Assembly: GCA_035524965.1 (NCBI GenBank)
Contig: DATLFH010000082.1
Location: 18,989 to 82,988, forward strand
Length of the DNA stretch: 64,000 nt
Origin: Gemmatimonadota bacterium
Lineage (GTDB): Bacteria > Gemmatimonadota > Gemmatimonadetes > JACCXV01 > JAHWKZ01
Direction: 5' to 3'
Shown here one piece after another: positions 18,684 to 34,020 of the stretch; within the stretch, counting starts at the first letter, position 1; the number at the start of each line of letters is the position of its first letter. Below the pieces are notes generated by a model. That model ran no database searches and was not told where the DNA came from. It saw only the letters and a list, made by a program, of their open reading frames with translations. The translations under genes were made by a program, and so were the position numbers.

Positions 18684-20131
18684 GGCGCGGCAACCGCGGT
18701 CTGGCCGGATCCCGAAAGCCCTTCCCGCAGGAGCGCCAGCACTTCGTCGTACTGGTCGGGATACCGTTCCACCGAGATCTCGGCGGCCTGCGAGTCGGCC
18801 ACCGCGCGGAAGAGCTCGCGCTGCGCACCGGCATCGTTCATCGCCTCCCGCCGCTGCGTGATCAGGATCGTGCGGATCTCTTCCCGCACCTCGTCGAAGG
18901 ATCGCCCGCGGTAGAACTCGAGGTGCTCGTCGTAATATCGCTGCACGAGCGAATCGGCCACCTCGAGCCTCCCCCGCAGGACGTCGTTCAGGTAGGCCTG
19001 CGCGTAGAGCTGCCGGACGAGATCATCGAGCTGCCCCTGGCGGACCGAGTCGATCTCCGTCTCGCCCGCGCGGGCACGGGCGAGGAGCAGCCGGCGCTGC
19101 ACGAACCCCGCCAGAGCGCTGATCATCCCGGCCTGGTCGAGGGCCGCGATCGAACGCCGGTTCCCCTCGGGCAGGACCTCGAACAGGTCCCAGATCTCGC
19201 CGAGCCGGATCACGCCGCCCTGGAAGCTCGCCAGCTCGAGCGCCCGCTCCTCGCCGGAAGGCGGCTCGCCGGCATCGATGAGCGCGTTGAGGCGGTCCAC
19301 GTTCGGCTCGCGAAATTCGATCCCGCTCGTCTCCATCATGCGGCTGACGTAGCCTTCTTCGGCGGTCTGCCGGGCGGGGATCGCGAGCTGGTCCTCTATC
19401 TCTTCGCGCATGTCGTCGAACGGGCGCTTCCGCCGTTCCTCGACCTTGATCACGTGATATCCGAACCGGGTTTCGACGACCCGCGGGAATACCTCGCCTT
19501 CGGCCCCGCCGAAAGCGGCGCTGTCGAAGGGCGCGACCATCGCGCCGCGCGCAAAGTAGCCCAGCGAGCCGCCGCGCTGGGCGCTTCCCTCGTCGCCGGA
19601 GTGCGCCTCGGCCAGAGCCGCGAAGTCGGCTCCGCTCCGGGCCTCCTCGAGGAGAGAGTCGGCCAGGGCCCGCGCGGCCTGCTTCACCGAGTCCGGCGCG
19701 GTCGGCGCCACCCCGATCAGGATGTGCCGCGCGCTGGCCTCCTCGCCGACATTCTCGTCGTACCACTCTCGAAGCTTGACCTCGTCGACCTGAACGGTCT
19801 CCCAGATGACGTCCTCGCGGAACTGATTGAGGAGCGCGGTCTCCTTCCACTCCTCGATCTGGAGGCTCTCCGCCGGGGTCAGCTCGTGCGCCTCGCGCGC
19901 TCGGCGCGCGACGAGCTCCATATCGACCATCTCGTCGACCGCCCGCTCCACGTTCTCCAGGTTGGGCTCGTATCCGGCGCCCTGCATGTACAGGGCGGCC
20001 TCGCGGGCGGTGATCGACTCGTCGCCGATCCGGGCCACGATCCGCTCCTCGGCCCCGCCGCCGCATGCGACGAGCGCACCGGACGAGACCGCGAGCGCCC
20101 ACTTCAGCGGGTGCAAGGTCCTGAGGACCAC
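18680..20131 (-). CDS. parvulin-type peptidyl-prolyl isomerase, probable lipoprotein (SurA-like)
   Basis: PpiC domain (GGSLGYFARGAMVAPFDSAAF...FGYHVIKV). Lipobox LVACGG. GTG at 20131 preceded by GAAGGAG. The stop overlaps the start of the downstream PPIase (ATGA). Confidence 0.7.
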   Translation of the reverse strand: MVLRTLHPLKWALAVSSGALVACGGGAEERIVARIGDESITAREAALYMQGAGYEPNLENVERAVDEMVDMELVARRAREAHELTPAESLQIEEWKETALLNQFREDVIWETVQVDEVKLREWYDENVGEEASARHILIGVAPTAPDSVKQAARALADSLLEEARSGADFAALAEAHSGDEGSAQRGGSLGYFARGAMVAPFDSAAFGGAEGEVFPRVVETRFGYHVIKVEERRKRPFDDMREEIEDQLAIPARQTAEEGYVSRMMETSGIEFREPNVDRLNALIDAGEPPSGEERALELASFQGGVIRLGEIWDLFEVLPEGNRRSIAALDQAGMISALAGFVQRRLLLARARAGETEIDSVRQGQLDDLVRQLYAQAYLNDVLRGRLEVADSLVQRYYDEHLEFYRGRSFDEVREEIRTILITQRREAMNDAGAQRELFRAVADSQAAEISVERYPDQYDEVLALLREGLSGSGQTAVAAP

Positions 20132-20181
20132 GGGGATCTCCTTCGGAATCGGGGTTCGACTTGGTAAAGTAAAAATGGCGA

Positions 20182-23513
<3,332 letters not shown>

Positions 23514-23514
<1 letters not shown>

Positions 23515-25511
23515 CAGCCTGCGCGGCGGAGGTACGCCTCGGTCGCGAGGCAGAGGAGCGCCAGCGCCAGCGCCCAGGGCCACAGCTCGGGCCCGCGCCG
23601 ACGGGGGAAGGCGGCTTCGCGCCAGCCCGGCCCGTCGATCGGGCGCAGGCCCGCCATCCGCCACGCCGCGTCCGGGATCGGCGTCAGGTCCCCCTCGGCG
23701 GGGTCCCCGTTCACCGCCACGTAAATCGGCTCCCCGGCCGCCCCGCGCGGCTCGATCCGGTAGAGCCCGGCCTCCTCCGGGCGGGGCGGCGCCCCCCCGG
23801 CGGCGACCTCCCACGTCCGGGCGGCGTCCCCGGCGTGGAGCGGACCGGTCACCGACGCGCCCGTGGCCGGGATCGCCAGCGGCTCGCCCGGACGGACCCC
23901 GCCCCCGCCGCGCCGCCAGCGTGGGTCCCACGCCGCGAGGGCGGCGTCCGCCACCAGCGGGAAGAGGGGGGTGGTTCCGAGCCGCGTGACCGGTGGCCCC
24001 AAAGGCACGAGCCAGAGGGCGACCGCCCCGCTAACCCAGAGCGCGGGCTCACCCGTGGCCAGGTCCCAGGTCCATTCAGGCTCCGGTCCGCCTGCCGTTT
24101 CGAGCGCCCCCCTCACCGGGGCGCGGGCGAGGAGGTGATCGGGCACCGCCGCCACCCCGTTTCCGGCCGCGCTGTTTTCGCCGCCGCTCCCTGCCCCCCT
24201 TCCGGCCCCCCGATCCGGTCGCGGCCGGCCCAGGAGCACCGTCTGGCGGCCGGCATCCCCCAGCCACCACTCGAGCCGCGGGACCGGGAGCGCCGCGGCC
24301 GGCAGCCAGTCGCCGGAGGGGACGCAGGCCGGGTCCGCGCAGGCGGGCGCGAAGAGGAGCCGGGTTCCGCCGCCCGCAAGCTCGGCCAGGAGAGCCGCCT
24401 CCTCCGGCCGGTAGGCTCGGATCGGGAGGAGCGCGAGATCGGGCCTCGCCCGGACCAGCGCGTCCAGCGAGCGGACCCGCTCCACGACCGCCCCCGGCGA
24501 GGCCGCATCCAGTGCCGCCTCCCAGAAGAGACCTCCCGGCTCGGGCGGCGCGTCCGGTGGCGCCCATCGCGCGGCCCGGTAGCTCTCCCCGCCGCCCGGC
24601 GCCGCGACGTACAGCCGGTCATCGGCCGGCAACCGGTCCGCGTCGCGGAAAGCGAAGGTCGCCGTGTCGCCCGCCGCCCAGACGGCCGGAGCGGCGGAGC
24701 CGTCGAGCGCAAGCGGTTGCAGATCGACCAGCCGTCCGCCGATCCGGCGCCCGACGACCGCGGCCGCCGGCGCCCCGAAACCCCAGGCCGAGCCGGCCAG
24801 CGCGACGGTCCCCGGCGCGACCCGCTCCGCCGCGGTCAGGCTGCGGTTGGGCCCCGCCGGCCCGCGCCATGCCCAGACCACGTGGTGTCCGGCCTGGAAG
24901 GCGGCCGCACCTTCGGGCGGGCGCGCCCCGCGGGCACCATCCGTCAACCAGTACGTCTCCGTATCTTCTTCGATCCGTCCTGCAACGGCGGTCATCGCGG
25001 CGGGCCAGTCGCTCGCCCGCGCCGACGGCCGGAGTCGCGCCAGCCGGCTCCGGAGAGCGGCCGGCGATCCTTCCCACCATCCGGCCAGACCGTCGGCAAA
25101 GGCGGCCAGCGCGAGCTCGTCGTCCCCGTCCGTCCACGACAGCAGCGTATCGGCCCGCCCGCGGATCGCCTCCCACGCCGTCGCCCCATCCACCCCCTGG
25201 CCCGCGCTGGCCGAGACGTCGACCGCGACGACGGCCCGGGTCGGATAATGGGCTGCCGGATCGCCCCCTCCGGGCCCGACCGGGCGGGCCGCGGCCAGAA
25301 CGAGGAGGACGAGGATCAGAACCCGGATGAGGAGCACCCAGCGGGAACGGGTCGGCATCCAGCGGACCGGGACCCGCCGCGCCCGTTCGAGCAGGTAGAG
25401 GGACGAGAACCGCAGCGTCTCGCCGGTCCGCCGGCCGCGCCAGGCCAGGACGAGCGGGATCAGCGCGATCGGCAGGGCCAGGAGCATCGCCGGCTGGAGG
25501 AAGCCTGTCAT
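23514..25511 (-). CDS. BatA-like protein: N-terminal double-transmembrane domain plus vWA domain
   Basis: N-terminus MTGFLQPAMLLALPIALIPLVLAW...WVLLIRVLILVLLVLAAARP (aerotolerance-type double TM). MIDAS motif AVDVSAS. Confidence 0.7.
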
Positions 25512-25605
25512 CCCGCGATTCGGGTAGAGCCCATCGACGGAAAGGGCAAACTAGGGTGCGCCACAACGTCTTAGGAGAGTTTCGCGGAACCGGCCATTCG
25601 CCGTC

Positions 25606-26534
25606 TCATCGGCCCCGCCGGCGGCGTTCCCCCAGATACCGGCGGAGGGCGATCCCCACCGGCTCGTCCGTGCTCAACGCCACGAAGTCGAACCCCCGAT
25701 CGTGAGCCTGGGCCCGGTAGGCGGCCTCCAGCCGGCCCAGGGCCTCCCCGTACCCCACCGCCAGCTCGGCCGCCCCCACCCGCAGGACCCGGCCGGTCTC
25801 GGCGTCGGCGAAGGCCCCGATCTCCTCGAGCCCGCCGAGCGTCCGCTCCGCCGGATCCAGGACATGGAGCACGACGACCTCATGTTTCCGGTGCCGGAAG
25901 TAACGGAGCCCCGGCAGGAATCGGTCGGGCGGGCCCAGGAGGTCGGAGAGGAGGATCAGGACCCCGCGCCGCGGCAGCCGCTCGGCCAGCTCGTGGAAGG
26001 GCCCCTCCGGGGCGGTCCCGCCGACCGGCCCCGCCGCCGAGAGCGCCTCCATCAGCCTCGCGCGCTGGGAGCGCCCTCCCCTCGGCGGAAGGAACGTCGT
26101 CAGCCCCGACGAGAAAGTGGCCAGACCCACCGCGTCCTGCTGCGCCAGCAGGAGGTGACCCAGCGCGGCGGCGACGATCCGCGCGTACTCCCACTTGCTC
26201 AGCCGGCCGCCCGCGCTGAACCCCATCGAGCCGCTGGCGTCCATCACCAGCGTGGCCCGCAGGTTCGTCTCCTCCTCGCTCTCCCGCACATACCAGCGGT
26301 CGGTCCGGCCGTACACCTTCCAGTCGACACGTCGCAGGTCGTCGCCGGCAGCGAACGGCCGGTGCTCGGCAAATTCGAGCGACCCGCCGCGGCCCGGGCT
26401 GCGGTGGCGCCCGGCCAGGTACCCCTCGACGACCAGCCGCGCGATCAGCTCCAGGCGGCCGAGACGGGCGAGCTCGGAGGGCGGCAGGAGCGCCGGTGAC
26501 GAGACCGGCGGCGGGCGGGTCGGGGCGGTGGGCT

Positions 26535-26538
<4 letters not shown>
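25606..26538 (-). CDS. DUF58 family protein (vWA-like, MoxR-associated)
   Basis: DUF58 core (GGSLEFAEHRPFAAGDDLRRVDWKVYGRTDRWYVRESEEE...LVMDASGSM). The start is unresolved: no ATG/GTG/TTG lies between the MoxR stop and the conserved core, so a CTG or other non-canonical start is inferred. Confidence 0.6.
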
Positions 26539-27568
<1,030 letters not shown>

Positions 27569-27572
<4 letters not shown>

Positions 27573-28384
27573 CCGCCTTCCGATCGCTTGCGTGCCACCC
27601 AGATCATCTCCTGACCGTTCTCCGTGAACGGCTGCCGGTCCCACTCCCCGTACAAGGCCTCCACTTCATAACCCGCGCGGACCAGAAGGTGTTCAATCTC
27701 GTAGCGGTGGAAGTAGCGGATCGAGAGCGGCTCGAACTCGCGCTCGATGACCCGTCCCTCGCTGTCCAGGCGCTCGTAGATGAAGGTCAGGTCCAGGACC
27801 TGGCGCACGAGGTCGTAGCGGGCGGTGAACCGCTCCCGAACGACGGCGTTGTCGTCGTCGTACGAGCGTCCTGACTCGTGGATCCGCCCCGGCGCGTCGT
27901 CCGCGGCGGCGAGGATGTCGAGCCGCGGATCGAAGACGTTGAAGACGAGCCGGCCGCCGGGGGCGAGCGCTGCGCGGATCGCCGCCAGGGCTGCGAGCTG
28001 GTCCTCGATCGTCAGGAGCGCCTGGAACCCCCGGAAGGGTATGAACGCCTGGGGAAAGGGGCGGCGGAAGGCGAACCCGCGCATGTCGGCACGGAGGAAG
28101 GCGCACCTCGCGCGCACGGCGATGTCGGCAGCGAGCAGCTTCCGCCGGGCCTGGCGGATCATCGGCTCGCTTCGGTCGAGGCCGACCGCGGCCACCCCGG
28201 CGGCGGCGATCGGGAGCGTGACCCGTCCGGTGCCGCACGCCAGCTCGAGGACCGGCCCGCCTTCGCGGCGCGCCTCCTCCACGTAGAAGCCGACGTCCTC
28301 GACCTGGCCGGCGTGGAGGGCGTCGTAGCGCGCCGCGGCGGCCGGCGTCTTCTCGTAGTAGTCGTGCATGCCGGCGCTGCTCAT
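27569..28384 (-). CDS. class I SAM-dependent methyltransferase
   Basis: Motif I (LELACGTGR) and motif post-I (VGLDRSEPM). Confidence 0.75.
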
Positions 28385-28514
28385 CGGGCAAAGATAGCGC
28401 CCGGAGCCCAGTCAGCCCCGGTCGGGCGCGGCACGTAGTCGTGGTCGCAGCGCGACGAGCCGCGAGCGAGCCGCCAGGCCCTCTCAGCGCCTCAGCGCCC
28501 GGGCTCTCAGCGCC

Positions 28515-29147
28515 TCAGCGCCCGGCCCCGCCCGGCACGCGGCAGAAGGGCACCTTCGCCTGCTGGCTCGGGGTCAGGATCGCGCAGAGCGCCTGCCGGG
28601 TCTCCTGAGCCTTCGCGCGGATCTGCCGGCGGCCTTCCCGCGCGGTCAGCTCGCCCGCCCCGACCGCCGCCCTGATCTCGCGGACGAATGCGTGGAACTC
28701 GGCGCGAAGCTCGCGGATCTGGGCGAGCTGCTCTTCGGTCAGGTCGAGGTCCGGTCGCGGGCGACCGGGACGGTCCTGGAGCAGACGGTCGATCTGCTCG
28801 TCGGTCAGGAACTGTCCCAGCGTTTCGATCAGCCGGCTGTGGACGCCCGCGATCTCCGCCCGGGCTTCCTCGCGTGAGATCTCGCCCGCGCGGAAGCGCG
28901 CGATGATGGCACGGATCTCCTCACGCGCGGCCTGGAGCGCGGCCCGCACGGCGGCCTTGTCTTCTTCCGAGAGATCGTCGAGGAAGGCGCTGCCGGCGAT
29001 CTCGGCGACGGAGATTTCCTCGAACGCCAACGGCCCGTCCTCCGGCGCGGTGGCGATCTCGCCGGCGCCTTCGCAGCCCGCCAGGAGCAGCACTGATACG
29101 GACAGGAGAAGCACCCGGGTCGAGAGCTTCGGGATCGGGAATCGCAT
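28515..29147 (-). CDS. periplasmic LTXXQ-motif protein (CpxP/Spy-like), lipoprotein
   Basis: Lipobox LLAGC. Repeated LTXXQ motifs (LTDEQ, LTEEQ, LTPSQQ) in a helical charged protein. Confidence 0.6.
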   Translation of the reverse strand: MRFPIPKLSTRVLLLSVSVLLLAGCEGAGEIATAPEDGPLAFEEISVAEIAGSAFLDDLSEEDKAAVRAALQAAREEIRAIIARFRAGEISREEARAEIAGVHSRLIETLGQFLTDEQIDRLLQDRPGRPRPDLDLTEEQLAQIRELRAEFHAFVREIRAAVGAGELTAREGRRQIRAKAQETRQALCAILTPSQQAKVPFCRVPGGAGR

Positions 29148-29384
29148 GCGCGGTCCTCCTCGCGTGAAGGGCGGGGTCCCAGGGGCACCCGATCGGGGAC
29201 CTGAGAGCGCTGCGGCCTGATATCGTTGTAGACGGTCCCGCCGGACCGTTCGTTAAGGACGACCCAGGCCGCTGCGAGGTTACCGAGCGCTGAAGGAGCT
29301 TCCCGGTCGAGCCCCCCGCTCGGCCTCCCCCGGCGGGTGCGATCCGACGAAAGTACCGGTAGATTGCGGCCGCGCCGAGGGTTC

Positions 29385-29414
29385 GTTGACGGTCCCGCGG
29401 CCGCTTGTTATTTT
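29385..29414 (+). promoter_or_regulatory. candidate sigma-70-type promoter of the atp operon (TTGACG-17 bp-TATTTT) overlapping an 8-bp stem hairpin
   Basis: TTGACG at about 29385, a 17-bp spacer, then TATTTT within the only AT-rich patch of the leader. The stem is ccgcttgt/acaagcgg. Confidence 0.35.
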
Positions 29415-29446
29415 TTTCACAAGCGGGCCGGTCCCCTCGAAGAGGC

Positions 29447-29758
29447 ATGATGATCGCGGGAAGACCCCCCGGGCGGCCGCAGAGGACGCCCGATCCGGAA
29501 GGCTCCTCGGAGCGGCAGCGTGTGATCCGCGAGGTCGGGCGCTACACGGGGCTCGGGCTCACGTGGGCGCTCTCGGTTCTCTTCTTTCTCCTGATCGGCT
29601 ACTGGCTGGACGGCAAGCTCGGAACCCTGCCCTGGCTGACGATCGCCGGCGCCTTCGCCGGCGCCGCCGGCGGGTTCGTGACCCTTTATCGAGGTCTGAC
29701 CGCGGCGGAAAAGGGCGCATCGAAAGGCAAAAGGGGCCGGCGCGTGGCCGATCGATGA
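29447..29758 (+). CDS. AtpZ/AtpI-family small membrane protein (ATP synthase operon leader gene)
   Basis: ATGATG at 29447 (the track ORF's TTG at 29405 lies inside the promoter hairpin). Two predicted TM helices. The stop overlaps the next gene (ATGA). Confidence 0.55.
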   Translation: MMIAGRPPGRPQRTPDPEGSSERQRVIREVGRYTGLGLTWALSVLFFLLIGYWLDGKLGTLPWLTIAGAFAGAAGGFVTLYRGLTAAEKGASKGKRGRRVADR

Positions 29759-30126
29759 TCGACTGGCGGTTCCTGGGTGGCATGGCGGCGTTGATGGCGC
29801 TGGCCGCCTGGCCGGCATTCCACTGGGTCGAGCGTTTCCCCGGCGGCCAGGGCGGGCTCGCCGCGGGCCTGGGCTACTCGCTGGTCAGCCTGGGGGTCGG
29901 CTACCACTGGCTCCGCCGGAATGCGTCCCGCACCATCCGCCGCTTCGCGATCGTGCTGGTGGGGGGATTCCTGGCGCGCGCCCTGGGCCTGCTCGTCTTC
30001 GCCCTCACGCTCGCGTACGCCACGGGGGTCAACCTCGCGGTCGCGCTTCTGACCGTTGTCGCGACCCATCTCGTGCTCGGGATGGCCGAGATCGTATACC
30101 TCCACCGTACGGATGCGCTGCGATGA
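29755..30126 (+). CDS. atpI: ATP synthase protein I
   Basis: Small four-helix hydrophobic protein directly preceding atpB, coupled by ATGA overlaps on both sides. Confidence 0.6.
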   Translation: MIDWRFLGGMAALMALAAWPAFHWVERFPGGQGGLAAGLGYSLVSLGVGYHWLRRNASRTIRRFAIVLVGGFLARALGLLVFALTLAYATGVNLAVALLTVVATHLVLGMAEIVYLHRTDALR

Positions 30127-30920
30127 TCCAGGCCGAGCACCATGAGGAGACCGTGGACATCGTCCACCACCTCGCCGACGCCCACGAGATCGAGATCCCG
30201 CCGTTCGGAGCGATCCATCTCCCCGAGTGGGAGCTCTTCGGGCTGGATGTCTCGATCACCAAGTACACGATCTACATGTGGGTCGCGGCCGTGCTGATGC
30301 TGGCGATCTTCATCCCCATGGCGCGCAGCCGCGGGCCGGTCCACAAGGGACTCTTCAACTTCTTCGAGGCGCTCGTCGTCTACGTGCGCGACGAGATCGT
30401 CTATACGAACATCGGCCGCGAGGAGGGACGTCCCTACGTGCCCTTCATCGCGACCCTCTTCTTCTTCATCCTCTTCATGAACCTGCTGGGACTCGTTCCG
30501 TACGGGGCGACGGCGACCGGCAGCCTGGCCGTGACCGGCGTACTGGCCCTGGCTTCGATGATCGCCATCGAGGCGAGCGGCGTGATCGTCAACGGACCGG
30601 TGAGGTACGCCAAATCGCTCGTGCCCGAAGGTCTACCGATCTACCTGGCGCCGATCATGATCCCGATCGAGATCATCGGTCACTTCGCCAAGCCGTTCGC
30701 GCTCATGATCCGTCTCTTCGCCAACATGACCGCCGGGCACGTCGTCATCCTGAGCCTGATCGGGCTCATCTTCGTGCTCAGGACCTGGTTCGTGGCGCCG
30801 ATCTCCGTCGGCTTCGCGCTGTTCATCTATCTCCTGGAGATCCTGATCGCGTTCATCCAGGCGTACATCTTCGCCGTCCTGACCGCCGTGTTCATCCAGC
30901 TCAGCCGTCACCCTCACTAA
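30123..30920 (+). CDS. atpB: F0F1 ATP synthase subunit a
   Basis: Conserved a-subunit helices including LMIRLFANMTAGH. Confidence 0.9.
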   Translation: MIQAEHHEETVDIVHHLADAHEIEIPPFGAIHLPEWELFGLDVSITKYTIYMWVAAVLMLAIFIPMARSRGPVHKGLFNFFEALVVYVRDEIVYTNIGREEGRPYVPFIATLFFFILFMNLLGLVPYGATATGSLAVTGVLALASMIAIEASGVIVNGPVRYAKSLVPEGLPIYLAPIMIPIEIIGHFAKPFALMIRLFANMTAGHVVILSLIGLIFVLRTWFVAPISVGFALFIYLLEILIAFIQAYIFAVLTAVFIQLSRHPH

Positions 30921-30937
30921 CCACAAGGAGACCCCTC

Positions 30938-31180
30938 ATGCAGGAGCTCTTCTACGGATTCGGATGGCTCGGCGCCGGCCTCGGCGCGGGCCTGGCCGTG
31001 CTCGGCGCGGGCCTCGGGATCGGGCGGCTGGCGGGCCCGGCTATGGAAGGTATCGCCCGGCAGCCGGAGGCATCGGGCGAGATCCGGCTCACGATGATCA
31101 TTGCCGCCGCGCTCATCGAAGGCGTGGCCCTGTTCGCGCTCGTGATCTGCATCCTGATGGCGCTCAACGCGCCGGCATGA
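30938..31180 (+). CDS. atpE: F0F1 ATP synthase subunit c
   Basis: 80-aa hairpin proteolipid with the conserved carboxylate ([10 protein letters not shown]). AGGAG lies 8 nt upstream of the ATG. Confidence 0.9.
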   Translation: MQELFYGFGWLGAGLGAGLAVLGAGLGIGRLAGPAMEGIARQPEASGEIRLTMIIAAALIEGVALFALVICILMALNAPA

Positions 31181-31190
31181 CCGGAGCGCG

Positions 31191-31688
31191 ATGAACCTCC
31201 TGACGCCCGATCCGGGGCTCATCTTCTGGACGATCGTCACGTTCGCGCTGCTCCTGGCGATCCTGTGGAAGTTCGCCTGGAACCCGATCCTGGGGGCGCT
31301 GGACGCGCGCGAGCAGGCGATCCAGAAGACGATCGACGACGCCGAGCGCCTGCAGGAGGAGGCCGGAAAGCTCCTGGAGGAGCACCGGGCGCAGTTGGCC
31401 CAGGCGCGGACCGAGGGAAACCGCATCCTCGACGAGGCGCGCCAGGCGGGGGAGCACATGAAGTCGGACATCATGGAGAAGGCCCGGTCCGAGGCCGAGA
31501 AGGTGATCGAGCGCGCCCACCGGCAGCTGGAGCTGGAAACCGAGCAGGCGCTCCAGACGATCCGCGGCCAGACGGCGGATCTGGTGCTCAGGGCGGCTGA
31601 GAAGGTGCTCGAGCGTTCGCTGACCGATGCCGACCACCGCCGGCTCGCCGAGGAGGCGATCGCCGAGATCGCCGAGTGGCGGGGCTAG
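31191..31688 (+). CDS. atpF: F0F1 ATP synthase subunit b
   Basis: N-terminal TM followed by a long charged helix. Confidence 0.85.
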   Translation: MNLLTPDPGLIFWTIVTFALLLAILWKFAWNPILGALDAREQAIQKTIDDAERLQEEAGKLLEEHRAQLAQARTEGNRILDEARQAGEHMKSDIMEKARSEAEKVIERAHRQLELETEQALQTIRGQTADLVLRAAEKVLERSLTDADHRRLAEEAIAEIAEWRG

Positions 31689-31698
31689 GGCGCGCGCG

Positions 31699-32253
31699 AT
31701 GCCGTCGAGCACGGTAGCCCGCGTCTACGCCGAGACGCTGCTCCGCTTCGCCGAGCGCGAGGCGGCGGTCGAGCCCGCGACCGAGGGGATCGTCGCGCTC
31801 GCCCGGCTGGTCGCCGAGGATGACCGCTTCCGCCGCTTCCTCGACGCCCCCCAGATCCCGGCCGGCGTCAAGCGATCGGTCGCGCACGCCGCGTTCGAGG
31901 GATGGCTCCACCCGGTTGTGATGAAGTTCCTCGACCTGGTGATCGAGAGGCACCGTGAGCCCCTGCTGGCCGAGATCGCGGACACCTGGAACGAGCTCCT
32001 GGACCGCCGCGCCAACCGCCAGGCGGCGACGGTCACGACCGTGGCCCCGGCCGACCCGGGGCTGATCGAGCGGCTCAGGGACGCGCTCGAGCAGGCGACG
32101 GGCAAGACGATCGATCTCGAGGAACGGGTCGATCCCGGCCTCCTGGGCGGGATCGTCGTCCGGACCGGGGACCTCGTCATGGACTCGAGCCTCCGGTCCC
32201 GGCTCGCCACGCTTCGCCACCGGCTCCGCACCGCCGGCAAAGTACCGGCATGA
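31699..32253 (+). CDS. atpH: F0F1 ATP synthase subunit delta
   Basis: OSCP-like sequence (YAETLLRFA...). ATG at 31699. Confidence 0.8.
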   Translation: MPSSTVARVYAETLLRFAEREAAVEPATEGIVALARLVAEDDRFRRFLDAPQIPAGVKRSVAHAAFEGWLHPVVMKFLDLVIERHREPLLAEIADTWNELLDRRANRQAATVTTVAPADPGLIERLRDALEQATGKTIDLEERVDPGLLGGIVVRTGDLVMDSSLRSRLATLRHRLRTAGKVPA

Positions 32254-32295
32254 AACGGATATCATCCGGAGGAACCGCATGATCGGAGGAATCCC

Positions 32296-34020
32296 GTGAG
32301 CACCGATACCCGACTCCGCCCCGACGAGATCACGAGCATCCTGACGCGCGAGATCGACCGGTACAAGGCCGAGCTCGACGTCGAGGAGGTTGGCACGGTA
32401 CTCGAAGTCGGCGACGGGATCGCGCGGATCTATGGCCTGTCAGCGGCGATGTCGGCCGAGATGCTCGACTTCGGCAACGACCTCTACGGTCTGGCGCTCA
32501 ACCTCGAGGAGGACGTGATAGGCGCGGTGATCATGGGCGACTACGTCACGGTCGAGGAGGGCGACGAGGTGCGCCGGACGGGTCGCCTCATGGTCGTGCC
32601 GGTCGGCGAGGCGCTCCTGGGCCGCGTCGTCAACCCGGTCGGCCAGCCGCTGGACGGCAAGGGGCCGATCACGACCGAGCACTACCGGCCGATCGAGTGG
32701 AAGGCGCCGGGGATCGTCCAGCGGCAGCCCGTCAAGGAACCCCTCCAGACGGGTCTCAAAGCGGTCGACTCGATGGTCCCGATCGGCCGCGGGCAGCGGG
32801 AGCTCATCATCGGCGACCGCGGGACCGGGAAATCGGCGGTCGCGATCGACGCGATCATCAACCAGAAGGAGGGCGACGTCGTCTGCGTCTACATCGCCGT
32901 CGGCCAGAAGGCTTCGACGGTGGCGGCCGTCGTCGAGCGGCTCGAGAAGGAGGGCGCGATGGACTACACGATCGTCGTCAGCGCGCCCGCCTCCGTGCCG
33001 GCGCCGCTCCAGTACATCGCGCCCTACGCGGGGTGCGCGATGGCCGAACACTTCATGTACAACGACAAGAACAACAAACCCGCCACGAAGGACAGCCCCG
33101 GCCGGGCGACGCTGTGTGTCTACGATGATTTGTCCAAGCAGGCGGCGGCCTACCGGCAGCTCTCGCTGCTGCTGCGCCGGCCGCCGGGACGCGAGGCGTA
33201 TCCCGGCGACGTCTTCTACCTCCACTCGCGCCTTCTCGAGCGCGCCGCCAAGCTGTCGGACGAGAAGGGCGGAGGATCCCTGACCGCGCTGCCGATCATC
33301 GAGACCCAGGGCGGCGACGTGTCGGCGTACATCCCGACCAACGTGATCTCGATCACCGACGGCCAGATCTACCTGGAGCCCGATCTGTTCTACGCCGGCG
33401 TGCGACCGGCGATCAACGTCGGGATCTCGGTCAGCCGGGTCGGCGGGAACGCGCAGATCAAGGCGATGAAGAAGGTGGCCGGGACGCTGCGGCTCGATCT
33501 CGCCCAGTTCCGCGAGCTCGAGGCCTTTGCCCAGTTCGGCTCCGAGCTGGACAAAGCGACCCTGCGGCAGCTCGAGCGCGGCCGCCGCACGGTCGAGATC
33601 CTGAAGCAGCCGCAGTTCGAGCCGATGGAGGTCGCCGAGCAGGTGGCGGTCATCTACGCGGTGACGAAGGGCTACCTGGACGATGTCCCGGTCGAGAACG
33701 TGCGCGAGTTCGAGCAGCACTATCTCGATTACGCCCGCAGCTCGCGGGCCGAGGTCCTCCAGAAGATCGCCGAGCAGAAGGAGCTGTCCGAGGACGTCGA
33801 GAAGGCGCTCGTCGATTCGATCGAGAGCTTCCGCAAGGACTTCCACGCGGCCGGCGAGGCCAAGGTGATCGAGACGGTCCCAGGGGAGGAAGAGGAGAGC
33901 CCGCTGACCGGCGGCGGCAGCGGCGGGGCCGGGGAGGAGCCCCGCGCGGAGGATGCCGGCCCGGCCGGGGAAGCTGGGACCGAAGAGGTCGCTGTGCCCT
34001 CCGAGGCCGAGCGGAGGTAG
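32296..34020 (+). CDS. atpA: F0F1 ATP synthase subunit alpha (with acidic C-terminal extension)
   Basis: P-loop GDRGTGKS and the conserved alpha-subunit core. About 70 extra Glu/Ala/Gly-rich residues at the C-terminus. Confidence 0.95.
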   Translation: MSTDTRLRPDEITSILTREIDRYKAELDVEEVGTVLEVGDGIARIYGLSAAMSAEMLDFGNDLYGLALNLEEDVIGAVIMGDYVTVEEGDEVRRTGRLMVVPVGEALLGRVVNPVGQPLDGKGPITTEHYRPIEWKAPGIVQRQPVKEPLQTGLKAVDSMVPIGRGQRELIIGDRGTGKSAVAIDAIINQKEGDVVCVYIAVGQKASTVAAVVERLEKEGAMDYTIVVSAPASVPAPLQYIAPYAGCAMAEHFMYNDKNNKPATKDSPGRATLCVYDDLSKQAAAYRQLSLLLRRPPGREAYPGDVFYLHSRLLERAAKLSDEKGGGSLTALPIIETQGGDVSAYIPTNVISITDGQIYLEPDLFYAGVRPAINVGISVSRVGGNAQIKAMKKVAGTLRLDLAQFRELEAFAQFGSELDKATLRQLERGRRTVEILKQPQFEPMEVAEQVAVIYAVTKGYLDDVPVENVREFEQHYLDYARSSRAEVLQKIAEQKELSEDVEKALVDSIESFRKDFHAAGEAKVIETVPGEEEESPLTGGGSGGAGEEPRAEDAGPAGEAGTEEVAVPSEAERR

